The notes: generated by a model not told the origin, from the sequence alone. Positions 10,567 through 21,031 are shown, numbered from the stretch's first letter. The stretch: 64,000 nucleotides of DNA from Fidelibacterota bacterium 408169 (GCA_002256485.1 NNSG01000001.1:64017-128016); one strand, 5' to 3'. Made by a program: numbers and translations.

Positions 10567-11460
10567 ATGGCGTTTATAGGAAAACTATTTAACGCGCTTC
10601 GCCGCTCGCGGGAACGTGTGTCCGGCGCATTCCAGCAATTAGTAAAAGAAAAAGTCAGTCCCCAGTCATTGGAACAATTGGAGGAAACGCTCCTTGCATC
10701 AGACTTGGGATTAAATACAGTCGAAGATATTCTTGATATTGTTAAAAAACATTCACATGATAATTTTCTTAATGAAGTTGCAGATTATATGCAGCAGTCA
10801 TTGGATCATGAAAAGCAGATGGAAGTTAGAACTCCATCTGTAATGCTCGTTGTAGGTGTGAATGGAACCGGTAAAACGACCACTGCAGCCAAGTTGGCCA
10901 ATTACTATGTAGATCAGGGCAAAAAAGTGCTTTTAGTGGCGGCAGATACTTATCGCGCCGCTGCAATTGCCCAACTGCAGCAATGGAGTAAAAGGTTGAA
11001 TGTACGCATGGTGTGCAATGAAAATTCAAAGGATCCGTCTTCTGTTTTGTTTGACGGCCTGCAATCTGCTAAATCGGAGAATATTGACCTTGTGATTGTT
11101 GATACAGCAGGCCGATTACATACGTATACGAATCTTATGAATGAATTGGAAAAAATGGCTCGTGTGGTAAGCAATCGATTTCCTGAATTCAATTTGATTT
11201 CCATGATGACCATTGATGCCAACTTGGGGCAAAATTCACTTCATCAAGCCCGGGAGTTTGCTAAAAGTGTAAAATTAGATGGAGCTGTATTAACCAAAAT
11301 GGATGGCACTGCACGAGGCGGAATTGTATTTGCCCTTAAAAATGAATTAAATATTCCTGTTTTGTTCGTTGGAGTTGGTGAAGAATTAAATGATCTGGAG
11401 GAATTTGATCACCAGGAATATATACGATCGCTATTGGGATTGGAAGATGCTGAAACGTGA
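10567..11460 (+). CDS. ftsY: SRP receptor FtsY (NG domain only)
   Basis: GVNGTGKTTT, ADTYRAAA, DTAGR, TKMDGTARGG. Confidence 0.97.
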   Translation: MAFIGKLFNALRRSRERVSGAFQQLVKEKVSPQSLEQLEETLLASDLGLNTVEDILDIVKKHSHDNFLNEVADYMQQSLDHEKQMEVRTPSVMLVVGVNGTGKTTTAAKLANYYVDQGKKVLLVAADTYRAAAIAQLQQWSKRLNVRMVCNENSKDPSSVLFDGLQSAKSENIDLVIVDTAGRLHTYTNLMNELEKMARVVSNRFPEFNLISMMTIDANLGQNSLHQAREFAKSVKLDGAVLTKMDGTARGGIVFALKNELNIPVLFVGVGEELNDLEEFDHQEYIRSLLGLEDAET

Positions 11461-11567
11461 ACAATCACGGATTAATGGCTTATTTGAACCCCTTTTCTTT
11501 ATTATAATTCCATTAATCCAAAAATCCAGATGTTTTTTATGTACACTAATTCAATGCTGACAAACCT

Positions 11568-12854
11568 ATGAAGATACATATGATCAGTCTTGGCTGTGCA
11601 AAAGCACTGGTGGATTCCGAAATACTATTAGGTGGTTTGAAACAGAATAATGTAGAAATTACCCAAAATCCAGAAGTGGCAGAAACAATAGTGGTAAACA
11701 CGTGTGGATTTTTGGACATTGCCCGTGAAGAATCCGTGGAAACGATTTTACAGGCCGCCGATTTGAAGAAGTCGGGAGATATTAAGCAATTGGTCGTAAT
11801 GGGTTGTTTGTCCGAGAGATATCCCGATGAGTTGGCAAAAGAGATCCCGGAGATCGACCGCATTTTTGGTTCCAATAATCATCGCGATATAGTTTCTTTT
11901 CTAACAGGTAAGGACTTTTCACAAGATGATCCCCTGTTTTTCCGATCGCTCATGACGCCAAATCATTATGCTTACCTTAAAATTGCTGAAGGGTGTGATA
12001 ATGGTTGTTCATTCTGCAGTATTCCAATTATGCGCGGACTCCAGAAAAGCCGTCCGATCCAAGGAATTGTAGAAGAAGGAATTCGATTTGCGGAAAACGG
12101 TGTAAAGGAACTCTTAATTATTGCACAAGACAGTACATCTTACGGCTGGGACCTTTCGGAAAAGAAATATTTGAGTGATCTCATATATGCCTTGGATGAA
12201 TCATTGCCTTTATCTATTGAGTGGTTGCGGATCCATTATGCCCATCCGGCTCATTTGTCCCAACGGATCATCGATGCAATAGCTGCCACTGAACGAGTGT
12301 GCAATTATTTGGATATACCCATTCAGCATGCATCTGATAAAATATTAACATCTATGCGCCGAGGGTTGGGTAAAGTTAAAATGCGTGAACGTATCCAACG
12401 ATTGAGAAATGTCAACCCCGGAATAGCTTTGAGAACCACACTGATTGTGGGATATCCGGGCGAAACAGAAGAAGATTTCAATGAATTGTACGATTTTGTA
12501 AAAGAAATGCAATTTGATCGTCTAGGAGTTTTTACATATTCTGAAGAAGATGATACCCTTGCTGCCGATCTGAAGGATGATGTACCATCGGAAGTGAAAG
12601 ATGAGCGCAAAGCAATGATCCTTGATCTACAGGCGGAAATATCTGCAGTAATTAATCAGACGTTTATTGGTCAAACATTAAAGGTGTTAGTGGATGAAAT
12701 TGGAGAAACCGTTTCAGTGGGTCGAACAGAATTTGATTCTCCTGAAGTGGACCAAGTTGTCCATATTAAGGGTGTGGTGAAAAAGGGTGAATTCTGCCAA
12801 GTGAAAATCAAAGACTCCAATGAGTTTGAACTTTTTGGCTCACCTATTACCTAA
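11568..12854 (+). CDS. rimO: Ribosomal protein S12 methylthiotransferase
   Basis: SLGCAKALVDSE, VNTCGF, YLKIAEGCDNGCSFC radical-SAM motif, C-terminal TRAM with RTEFDSPEVD. Confidence 0.96.
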   Translation: MKIHMISLGCAKALVDSEILLGGLKQNNVEITQNPEVAETIVVNTCGFLDIAREESVETILQAADLKKSGDIKQLVVMGCLSERYPDELAKEIPEIDRIFGSNNHRDIVSFLTGKDFSQDDPLFFRSLMTPNHYAYLKIAEGCDNGCSFCSIPIMRGLQKSRPIQGIVEEGIRFAENGVKELLIIAQDSTSYGWDLSEKKYLSDLIYALDESLPLSIEWLRIHYAHPAHLSQRIIDAIAATERVCNYLDIPIQHASDKILTSMRRGLGKVKMRERIQRLRNVNPGIALRTTLIVGYPGETEEDFNELYDFVKEMQFDRLGVFTYSEEDDTLAADLKDDVPSEVKDERKAMILDLQAEISAVINQTFIGQTLKVLVDEIGETVSVGRTEFDSPEVDQVVHIKGVVKKGEFCQVKIKDSNEFELFGSPIT

Positions 12855-12915
12855 AATGTCATTTTGAATTATGGCATTTATGTCAGGGTGAAAGATCTCA
12901 AGTGTACAATAATCG

Positions 12916-13004
12916 AATAAACCTTCGGAAGTCTCTTGACTTACAATGGTACATAGGATTTAGTTTATATTTGAAAGTTTAACTGAGACTTCCGAAGGTT
13001 TATT
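12916..13004. repeat. Perfect 20-bp inverted repeat with 49-bp spacer (REP/MITE-like)
   Basis: AATAAACCTTCGGAAGTCTC (12916-12935) and its exact reverse complement (12985-13004) between convergent genes. Confidence 0.85.
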
Positions 13005-13032
13005 AACTTTACTTCTTCGTGACACGTATTAT

Positions 13033-14667
13033 TTATTTCACATAAACATCTTTACCATCCACCACGGTTCGCACTACTTTTGTATTCAAAATATCATCCG
13101 GATTGATCTCCCGCAGATCGTTGGATAAGACCACAAAATCCGCCAGTTTTCCTGTTTCCAGTGTTCCCAATTTATCTTCCTGAAAACCGGCATAAGCGGC
13201 ATTGATCGTGTAGCAGCGCAAGGCATCTTCAACAGAGATTATTTCATCAGCATACCAGCCATTTGGATTATTCTCATCTCGAGAGTGACGAGTGACTGCT
13301 GTATAAATTCCCATAAGCGGATCGAGTGATGCAACATTCCAATCAGAACCAAAGGTTAAAACTGCTTTACTTTTTATGAGAGAATTAAATGCATAGGTTC
13401 CTTTTAAAATATCATCTTCCACACGTTTATGAGCCCAAGCAGCATCATCATATAAATGAGCCGGTTGCATGGAAGCAATTACACCATCATGATAAAATCG
13501 TAAAATATCTTTTGGAAGAAGATGCTGGGCATGTTCAACCCGGGAACGGCGATCCCTTTTACCATTTTCTTCTTCAATCGCTTTAAATTCGTCCAAAATC
13601 CATTCATTGGCTCGCGTACCGATGGCGTGTATGGCGAACTGGATACCGGACTCATCTGCTTCCCGTAATACATTTCGTAATTCAAGTGTATCCGCCGAAA
13701 CGACAAGTCCTTTTGTATTTGGATCATCTTTATAGTCAGTATGCATCCAAGCTGTTCGGGATCCTAGAGAACCATCCATCATCGCTTTGATCCCACGCCA
13801 ACGTAAGTTATTATCTCCATAGCCGTGTTCTTCAACAAAAGCCTTATGTTTATTCCAATGGGTATAATAGGGCAGGGCATAGATGCGCAGGCTTAATTTC
13901 TCTTTGTTACGAACGTATGTTTCTAGGTCATCCCAATTGCACATGTCGTGTACTTGAGTTATACCAAGTGATGCGGCATATTTCATTGATTTTTCAAGAG
14001 CTGTATCCATTTCATCGGGTGAGCTTTCTGGAATCATAGGCCAGATCAATCCCATTGCTTCATCGCGTAAAATACCTGTTGGTTCCCCTTGAGTATCTCG
14101 TTCAATACTTCCTCCTGGAGGATCAAGTGTTTCTTTAGATACTCCAGCTAATTCTAATGCTTTTGAGTTTGCAAGAGCCATATGTCCATCTAATCGACTC
14201 AATAAGGCAGGATTATCTTGAGTAAATGCATCAATCCATTCTTTGGATGGCAATTTACCACCCCACATTTCATGGTCCCAGTCACCACCTCGAACCCATT
14301 GTCCTGATGGAATATTTTTCACATAATCCTCTACTTGACTGATAAATTCATCTTTTCCGGCTACATTTCGTAGATTGATGCTCATAAGTTGAAAACCGCC
14401 ACTGATAAAATGGGTATGGCTGTCCATGAACCCGGGAACAACGAATTGACCGTCCAGATCAATCAATTCTGTATCCGGACCTTTAAATGATTTGTGATTT
14501 GAACCAACGCCAATAATTGATTCGCCTACAACTGCAATAAATTCAGCATTGGGGCGGTTAGGGTTTCCAGTCCAGATATTGCCGTTATAATATATTTTAT
14601 CAGCAAATTGATTCCATTCGCAGGAAGTGGAGAAAAGTAATATCATGATAATTATACGTACATTCAT
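13033..14667 (-). CDS. Amidohydrolase (YtcJ-like, amidohydrolase 3), lipoprotein
   Basis: PGFMDSHTH, RLDGH, KAMMDGSLGSRTA, HAIG, RVEHAQ, FGSDW; lipobox FSTSC. Confidence 0.92.
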   Translation of the reverse strand: MNVRIIIMILLFSTSCEWNQFADKIYYNGNIWTGNPNRPNAEFIAVVGESIIGVGSNHKSFKGPDTELIDLDGQFVVPGFMDSHTHFISGGFQLMSINLRNVAGKDEFISQVEDYVKNIPSGQWVRGGDWDHEMWGGKLPSKEWIDAFTQDNPALLSRLDGHMALANSKALELAGVSKETLDPPGGSIERDTQGEPTGILRDEAMGLIWPMIPESSPDEMDTALEKSMKYAASLGITQVHDMCNWDDLETYVRNKEKLSLRIYALPYYTHWNKHKAFVEEHGYGDNNLRWRGIKAMMDGSLGSRTAWMHTDYKDDPNTKGLVVSADTLELRNVLREADESGIQFAIHAIGTRANEWILDEFKAIEEENGKRDRRSRVEHAQHLLPKDILRFYHDGVIASMQPAHLYDDAAWAHKRVEDDILKGTYAFNSLIKSKAVLTFGSDWNVASLDPLMGIYTAVTRHSRDENNPNGWYADEIISVEDALRCYTINAAYAGFQEDKLGTLETGKLADFVVLSNDLREINPDDILNTKVVRTVVDGKDVYVK

Positions 14668-14843
14668 TTATTCTATAATTCACGAGCAAATGTATTAACT
14701 GATACAAGAGCCGTAACTAAATTGGGTAAAGAAATTAGAAACATAAGTAATTATGTAAAACGTAAATATATAATTGGCGGACATCATATTTTTCTATTTT
14801 TACATATTCCGTGTGCCATCTCACATTTTCCATATTTCTCCAC

Positions 14844-14889
14844 TTACCGGTTACTACTCACAAGTTACTGCTCTACCATTCACCAAACT
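14844..14889 (+). repeat. Degenerate heptamer-periodic element, copy A
   Basis: 36 of 47 aligned columns identical to the reverse complement of 37533-37578 (manual alignment). Confidence 0.6.
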
Positions 14890-14921
14890 CTCTGCCATTG
14901 CTCTGTATTTATTAATAGAGG

Positions 14922-14929
14922 TAAATTTG
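14922..14929 (+). promoter_or_regulatory. Bacteroidetes-type -7 promoter element upstream of uvrB
   Basis: ATTG (14897-14900)-N21-TAAATTTG, 5 nt before the ATG. Confidence 0.45.
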
Positions 14930-14934
14930 CCGTT

Positions 14935-16935
14935 ATGGCAGAGTTTAAAGTTCATTCGGAGTTTACACCTCAAGGGGATCAGCCCCAGGCAATTGCCAGT
15001 TTGGTTGAAGGATTGAACCGAAATGATCCGTATCAGACGCTTTTGGGTGTTACAGGGAGCGGTAAAACATATACCATGGCAAAAGTGATTGAAGAGGTCC
15101 AAAAACCAACATTGATCATATCACATAATAAAACATTAGCGGCCCAGCTTTATGGTGAATTCAAATCATTGTTCCCTGAAAATGCCGTTGAATATTTTAT
15201 CAGTTATTATGATTATTACCAACCGGAAGCCTATATGCCAGTAACGGATACATTCATTGAAAAAGATATGTCTGTGAATGAAGAGATAGATAAACTGCGC
15301 CTTAAGACAACTGGTGCGCTCATGGAACGTAAGGATGTGATAGTGGTGAGTTCAGTTTCTTGTATTTATGGTCTTGGTTCTCCGGATGATTATAAAGATC
15401 AAGTTATTCATTTAAATCGAGGGGATCAGCTCAACCGAAAAGCATTTTTAAAAAACTTGGTAAATATTCACTACGCACGTAATGATACAACCTTTGAGCG
15501 CAGCTCATTTCGCGTACATGGTGATGTGATTGAAGTGCACTTGGCGTATGAGGATGTAGGAATCCGAATTGAAATGTTTGGCACGGAACTAGAAAGGATA
15601 ACTCGATTCGTGCCCATGACAGGTGAAATCATACGGGAAATGGATTCGGATTATATTTATCCAGGAAAGCATTTTGTAACAGATCAGCAAACTATTAATC
15701 GCATCGTAGGCGAAATTCGTCAGGAACTCCACGAACGGCTGGAGTTTTTACGTTCCCACGATAAATTGCTAGAGGCGCAACGATTAGAACAGCGCACGAA
15801 TTTCGATTTAGAAATGATGGTTGAGATTGGTTATTGTTCCGGTATTGAAAATTATTCCCGTTACTTTGCCGGACGTAAACCTGGCGAGCGTCCGTTTACG
15901 TTGATAGATTTTTTCCCAGACAATTTTTTAACCATTTTAGATGAATCTCATGTAAGTCTGCCCCAAATAAAAGGTATGTATAATGGTGATCGTGGGCGGA
16001 AAACGGTGTTGGTGGAACATGGATTTCGCCTCCCCAGCGCCTTGGATAATCGTCCGTTGAAAATAGAAGAATTTATGGATTTGCAAAATCAAATTGTTTT
16101 TGCATCTGCAACACCTGCAGATCGCGAAATGGAATTGTGCAATGGTGTGGTTGTGGAACAGGTCATTCGTCCCACAGGACTCTTGGATCCTATAGTGGAT
16201 GTGAGAGGAACATTAGGGCAAATAGACGATCTTATTGGTGAAATACGTTACCGAGCCAAAAAGAATGAACGTGTATTGGTGACAACCATTACCAAACGCA
16301 TGGCGGAAGATCTTACGGAATACCTGCGGGGATTGAATTTGCGAGTTCGATATCTACACAGTGATGTTGCTACATTGGAGCGTGTCCAAATTTTACGTGA
16401 TTTACGCTTGGGAGAATTTGATGTATTGGTAGGAATAAATCTATTACGGGAAGGGTTGGATTTACCTGAAGTATCGTTAGTAGCAGTGCTGGATGCAGAC
16501 AAGCAAGGATTTTTACGCTCTCGTAGTTCTCTCATGCAAGTGGCAGGTCGTGCGGCTCGCCATGAAGGGGGAGAAGTGATTTTATATGGTGATAAAGTGA
16601 CAGACGCTATGAATTATTTGATTACAGAAACAACACGTCGCCGAAACGTACAGGAAACATTTAATAAGAAGCACGGTATTACACCCAAAACCATTTATAA
16701 ATCTGTGGACAATATTATGAAGACCACGGCTGTAGCGGATAATTATTCTGAACAAAGATATGATACAAAATTTAAGCGTAAAGGGTCAGATTTTGATGAA
16801 TTGGACAAGCAAATGGCTGTAGAAATTATGCGCCAGGAAATGATGGAAGCGGCGGAAAAATTGGAATTTGAAAAAGCAGCTCATCTACGGGATGAAATTG
16901 ATAAAATGGAAAAAGAATTGGAGAAAAGTTTCTAA
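14935..16935 (+). CDS. uvrB: Excinuclease ABC subunit B
   Basis: LLGVTGSGKT, SYYDYYQPEAY, GINLLREGLDLPEV, C-terminal UVR domain; likely start ATG 14935 (MAEFKV), not 14722. Confidence 0.98.
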   Translation: MAEFKVHSEFTPQGDQPQAIASLVEGLNRNDPYQTLLGVTGSGKTYTMAKVIEEVQKPTLIISHNKTLAAQLYGEFKSLFPENAVEYFISYYDYYQPEAYMPVTDTFIEKDMSVNEEIDKLRLKTTGALMERKDVIVVSSVSCIYGLGSPDDYKDQVIHLNRGDQLNRKAFLKNLVNIHYARNDTTFERSSFRVHGDVIEVHLAYEDVGIRIEMFGTELERITRFVPMTGEIIREMDSDYIYPGKHFVTDQQTINRIVGEIRQELHERLEFLRSHDKLLEAQRLEQRTNFDLEMMVEIGYCSGIENYSRYFAGRKPGERPFTLIDFFPDNFLTILDESHVSLPQIKGMYNGDRGRKTVLVEHGFRLPSALDNRPLKIEEFMDLQNQIVFASATPADREMELCNGVVVEQVIRPTGLLDPIVDVRGTLGQIDDLIGEIRYRAKKNERVLVTTITKRMAEDLTEYLRGLNLRVRYLHSDVATLERVQILRDLRLGEFDVLVGINLLREGLDLPEVSLVAVLDADKQGFLRSRSSLMQVAGRAARHEGGEVILYGDKVTDAMNYLITETTRRRNVQETFNKKHGITPKTIYKSVDNIMKTTAVADNYSEQRYDTKFKRKGSDFDELDKQMAVEIMRQEMMEAAEKLEFEKAAHLRDEIDKMEKELEKSF

Positions 16936-17912
16936 TGAAAGTTTTAGTAACAGGCGGAGCGGGATATATTGGTTCACATGTGGTTTTGGATTTAATTAAT
17001 GCAGGGCACGACGTTGTCATTATGGATGATATGTCTTTAGGCTGTGAGGAAAATATTCATCCGGATGCAGAATTTGTAAAAGGGTGTACACTGGATGAAG
17101 GAATTTTAGATGATGTAATGGCGCAAAATATAGATGCTGTTGTACACTTGGCTGCATTCAAAGCAGCTGGGGAATCCATGACAAATCCGGAGATATATTC
17201 CAGAAATAATCTTAATGGTACCACGAATGTATTGAATGCCATGATGAAACATAATGTAATGACTTTTGTTTTTTCATCTACAGCAGCAGTATATGGCTAC
17301 CCCGAATATTTACCTGTGGACGAAGATCACCCGGTAAAACCAATCAATTATTATGGACATACAAAATTAGCCATTGAATATATGCTAAAATGGTATGGGA
17401 AGCTGAAAGGACTAAAATTTGCCGCACTTCGATACTTTAATGCTGCGGGCTATGATATAAATGGACGAATTCATGGTTTGGAAAAAAGTCCGCAAAATTT
17501 ACTCCCTATTGTTATGGAGGTTGCATCCGGTCAGCGAAATTCCATGGATGTGTATGGCGATGATTATGATACCAAAGACGGAACCGGTGTTCGGGATTAT
17601 ATCCATGTGAATGATCTCGCATCTGCTCATGTGAGTGCATTGGAATATTTACAGAGTAATGAATCACTAACAGTGAACCTTGCAACGGGTGTTGGATATT
17701 CCGTAAAAGACGTGATCAAGGAAGCGGAAGCAATTTCCGGTAATTCGATTAAATATAATATAGTAGATCGCCGTCCTGGAGATCCGGCAGAACTTATTGC
17801 CACATCCAAAGCGGCAGGAGATCTTTTGGGCTGGGAGGCAAAATATTCTGATCTGAACACTATTTTAAAAAGCATGTGGAACGTATACAATCCGGAGGTA
17901 AGTCATGATTGA
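16935..17912 (+). CDS. galE: UDP-glucose 4-epimerase
   Basis: VTGGAGYIGSH, FSSTAAVYG, YGHTK, LRYFNAAG, RDYIHV. Confidence 0.96.
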   Translation: MKVLVTGGAGYIGSHVVLDLINAGHDVVIMDDMSLGCEENIHPDAEFVKGCTLDEGILDDVMAQNIDAVVHLAAFKAAGESMTNPEIYSRNNLNGTTNVLNAMMKHNVMTFVFSSTAAVYGYPEYLPVDEDHPVKPINYYGHTKLAIEYMLKWYGKLKGLKFAALRYFNAAGYDINGRIHGLEKSPQNLLPIVMEVASGQRNSMDVYGDDYDTKDGTGVRDYIHVNDLASAHVSALEYLQSNESLTVNLATGVGYSVKDVIKEAEAISGNSIKYNIVDRRPGDPAELIATSKAAGDLLGWEAKYSDLNTILKSMWNVYNPEVSHD

Positions 17913-19116
17913 TCTGGATCGATTGCAAAAAACATCTGGCATAATCGGTAATTCCGATACCATAAAACAAGCGCTGGAAATGATGGGCCAAGTGGCTCCG
18001 GTGGATATTTCCGTATTGGTTACAGGCGAGTCAGGAACAGGAAAGGAAATGGTTGCCAAAGGGCTTCATAAATTCAGCAAACGGTCAAACCAAGAAATGG
18101 TTACCGTTAATTGTGGTGCCATTCCCGCCGGAATTATAGAAAGTGAATTATTCGGACATAAAAAAGGTGCATATACTGGTGCCGGTGATGACAGAAAAGG
18201 CTACTTTGAAACAGCCAATAAAGGAACGATCTTCCTCGATGAGATCGGTGAAACGCCATTGGAAACACAGGTGAAATTGCTCCGTGTGTTAGAATCTGGT
18301 GAATTCATGCGTGTTGGTGATTCACAGACTCGACGGACTGATGTTCGTATATTGGCAGCGACAAATAAAGATTTAGGTGAGTTGGTCCAACATGGTAAGT
18401 TTCGTCAGGATCTGTATTTTCGATTAAAAACAGTCACAGTGAATTTGCCGCCATTACGACAGCGGATTGAAGATTTATCTCTTTTAGTAGAGCGTTTTGC
18501 GCTGGAATTCACTCGAAGTAATGATATTCCATATCGAGGATTTATGCCGGAAGCCATCCGTCGAATGAAGCATTACGATTGGCCGGGAAATGTTCGAGAA
18601 TTAAAGAATTTTGTGGAAAGTATTCTGGTTATGGAAAAAGGGGAACGCATTACAGTGGAAATGGTCGAATTAAAATTGGGTATTTCCCAGCCAATTATTC
18701 AAAACCAGAATTTACCAGTTCTCGTTCAGCAGTCTCCCGAGCAGGCGGAACGCGAATTGATCTTACGTCAACTGTTATTGCTACGGCAGGATGTTGAAAC
18801 GATCAAAGCAATGATGGGGCAGGGCGGAACAACTACCCAACCAGTACCATATTTTCATGAAGGAGATGTGAGCGATCTACCGAAAGAAATGCAGATCGAT
18901 GAAAATAGTCACCATTCTATTCGTAATGCTGCCATTGGAGATATGAATTTGGAAGAACTGGAAAAAGAGGCTATTTCCCGAACATTACAGCATTTTAACA
19001 ATAACCGGCGTGCTGCAGCGAAATCACTTGGCATGAGTGAACGGACACTCTATCGGAAAATTGATCAATATGATCTGGGTAGAAAGATCAAACGGTCGAA
19101 TGGGAAAAATGGTTAA
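17905..19116 (+). CDS. Sigma-54-dependent enhancer-binding protein, Fis-type HTH, no N-terminal sensor domain
   Basis: GESGTGKE, GAYTGA, FLDEIG, WPGNVREL, C-terminal AAKSLGMSERTLYRK. Confidence 0.92.
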   Translation: MIDLDRLQKTSGIIGNSDTIKQALEMMGQVAPVDISVLVTGESGTGKEMVAKGLHKFSKRSNQEMVTVNCGAIPAGIIESELFGHKKGAYTGAGDDRKGYFETANKGTIFLDEIGETPLETQVKLLRVLESGEFMRVGDSQTRRTDVRILAATNKDLGELVQHGKFRQDLYFRLKTVTVNLPPLRQRIEDLSLLVERFALEFTRSNDIPYRGFMPEAIRRMKHYDWPGNVRELKNFVESILVMEKGERITVEMVELKLGISQPIIQNQNLPVLVQQSPEQAERELILRQLLLLRQDVETIKAMMGQGGTTTQPVPYFHEGDVSDLPKEMQIDENSHHSIRNAAIGDMNLEELEKEAISRTLQHFNNNRRAAAKSLGMSERTLYRKIDQYDLGRKIKRSNGKNG

Positions 19117-19117
19117 T

Positions 19118-19690
19118 ATGAAAAATTATCCACAATCCCGATACTTCTTCCTTCTTACTTTTTCCTTCTTACTTCTTTCTGGATGTATGTTCTATTCCAT
19201 GGCTGGTTCTATTCCGCCTCACATTAAAAGTGTCGCCATACCTTTGGTAGAAAATAATACTGCAGAATTTGCCATGGCAGAAACAGTAACGGATAATTTG
19301 GTATCGAAGTTCACGGAAGAAAATATTTTGCGTGTGACCAATGAGAAAAGTGCTGATTCTATTATGAAAGGTGTAATTTTAAGGGTTGATGATGGGCCCT
19401 ATACTTTCAGTAAAGAAGAAGCAGTGACGGAATACAGATTTACAGTAAGCATGAAAATGGAATGGTTGGATGTGGCAAATGATAAAGTGTTATTGACCAA
19501 ACAATATTCCGGTTGGGGAGCCTATGGATTGGCTGGCGATATAAGCGTGGATGGAATTGACAATGATGGTGATGGTGCTATTGATGGTGACGATATTGAC
19601 GAAGTCGGCGACCCGAGAGAGTTTGCATCGAAGATCGCAGTAGAAAAAATTGCAGAAGATGTATTAAATGATATATTAACATCATGGTAA
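19118..19690 (+). CDS. LptE-family lipoprotein with an acidic insertion
   Basis: Lipobox LLSGC, IKSVAIPLVENNT, LptE-like topology; start set at ATG 19118. Confidence 0.75.
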   Translation: MKNYPQSRYFFLLTFSFLLLSGCMFYSMAGSIPPHIKSVAIPLVENNTAEFAMAETVTDNLVSKFTEENILRVTNEKSADSIMKGVILRVDDGPYTFSKEEAVTEYRFTVSMKMEWLDVANDKVLLTKQYSGWGAYGLAGDISVDGIDNDGDGAIDGDDIDEVGDPREFASKIAVEKIAEDVLNDILTSW

Positions 19691-19738
19691 TAATTAAACC
19701 TTTGAAAGGTTTACTGACAAAAATTAAGAAAGGACATA

Positions 19739-21031
19739 ATGAGTAAAATAATGATAAATGACATGAAGGATCATGTAGGAGAAGAAGTGACGCTGAATGG
19801 ATGGGTATATAACAAACGTTCTATTGGGAAAGTGTGGTTTTTGATCCTTCGTGACGGCAGCGGAATGACGCAATGTGTAGTAGTAAAAGGAGAAGTGTCC
19901 GATGAAATATTTGAATTGGAACAATCGTTGACACAGGAATCATCTGTATCAGTCACTGGATTGGTCAAAGCAGAGCCTCGTTCAGTAGGAGGCTACGAGA
20001 TCGGTGTCACAAATGTGGATGTGCATCAAATTGCGGAAGAGTATCCAATTTCGCCTAAAGAACACGGAACATCGTTTTTGATGGACCATCGCCACCTTTG
20101 GCTCCGTTCCAAGCGACAATCAGCCATTTTGAAAGTGAGACACCAAATTATTAAAGCAACGAGGGATTTCTTTGATAATAATGGTTTTACGCTGGTGGAT
20201 ACTCCCATTTTTACAGCAAATGCGTGTGAAGGAACATCCAACCTGTTTTCCGTGGATTATTTTGAGCGGTCTGCTTATTTGACTCAAAGCGGTCAATTAT
20301 ATTCGGAAGCTACAGCAGCTGCATTAGGAAAGGTCTATTGTTTTGGTCCCACATTTCGAGCTGAGAAGTCCAAGACCCGCCGCCACTTGACAGAATTTTG
20401 GATGGTGGAACCGGAAATGGCGTATTGCAATCTGGATGAGAATATGGATCTTGCAGAACAGTTTGTGGAATACGTAGTGCAGTGGTGTTTGGAGCATTGT
20501 AAAGAAGAACTGGAAATACTCGAGCGTGATACAAGTAAACTGGAAAATGTGAAAGCGCCATTTCCTCGTGTAACCTATGATGAAGCAGCAAAAATTCTAA
20601 CGGATAATGGTGCAGATTTTACCTATGGAACGGACTTCGGTGGTACGGATGAAACGATCATTTCCGAACAGTTTGATCGACCTGTCATGGTCCACCGCTG
20701 GCCGGCGGAAATCAAAGCATTTTATATGAAGCGCGACGTCGATAACGATAATCTGGCTCTGGGCGTGGATATGCTGGCTCCTGAAGGATATGGTGAGATC
20801 ATCGGTGGTGGCCAGCGTGAAGATGACCTGGCTGTGTTAGAATGCCGCATCAAAGAGCATGAATTGGATATGAAAGATTTTAGTTGGTATTTGGACTTGC
20901 GGAAATACGGTTCAGTACCCCATTCAGGTTTTGGCTTGGGTATCGAACGGACCGTGGCGTGGATCACCGGCAGCAAGCATATCCGGGAGACCATTCCATT
21001 TCCAAGGACCTTGGCAAGGTTGGAGCCTTGA
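19739..21031 (+). CDS. asnS: Asparagine--tRNA ligase
   Basis: [54 protein letters not shown]. Confidence 0.97.
   Translation: MSKIMINDMKDHVGEEVTLNGWVYNKRSIGKVWFLILRDGSGMTQCVVVKGEVSDEIFELEQSLTQESSVSVTGLVKAEPRSVGGYEIGVTNVDVHQIAEEYPISPKEHGTSFLMDHRHLWLRSKRQSAILKVRHQIIKATRDFFDNNGFTLVDTPIFTANACEGTSNLFSVDYFERSAYLTQSGQLYSEATAAALGKVYCFGPTFRAEKSKTRRHLTEFWMVEPEMAYCNLDENMDLAEQFVEYVVQWCLEHCKEELEILERDTSKLENVKAPFPRVTYDEAAKILTDNGADFTYGTDFGGTDETIISEQFDRPVMVHRWPAEIKAFYMKRDVDNDNLALGVDMLAPEGYGEIIGGGQREDDLAVLECRIKEHELDMKDFSWYLDLRKYGSVPHSGFGLGIERTVAWITGSKHIRETIPFPRTLARLEP

Noticed and set aside
11469-11519. 10-bp inverted repeat GGATTAATGG...CCATTAATCC between ftsY and rimO
   Set aside because: Short, AT-rich, single occurrence; no function can be supported
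14741-14756. ACATAA-N4-TTATGT palindrome upstream of uvrB as a possible SOS box
   Set aside because: AT-only-biased 6-bp arms are expected by chance, and no second copy was found near another repair gene
14722-14934. 71-aa N-terminal extension of UvrB in the ORF track
   Set aside because: It is a low-complexity translation of intergenic repeats from a TTG; UvrB homology starts at ATG 14935
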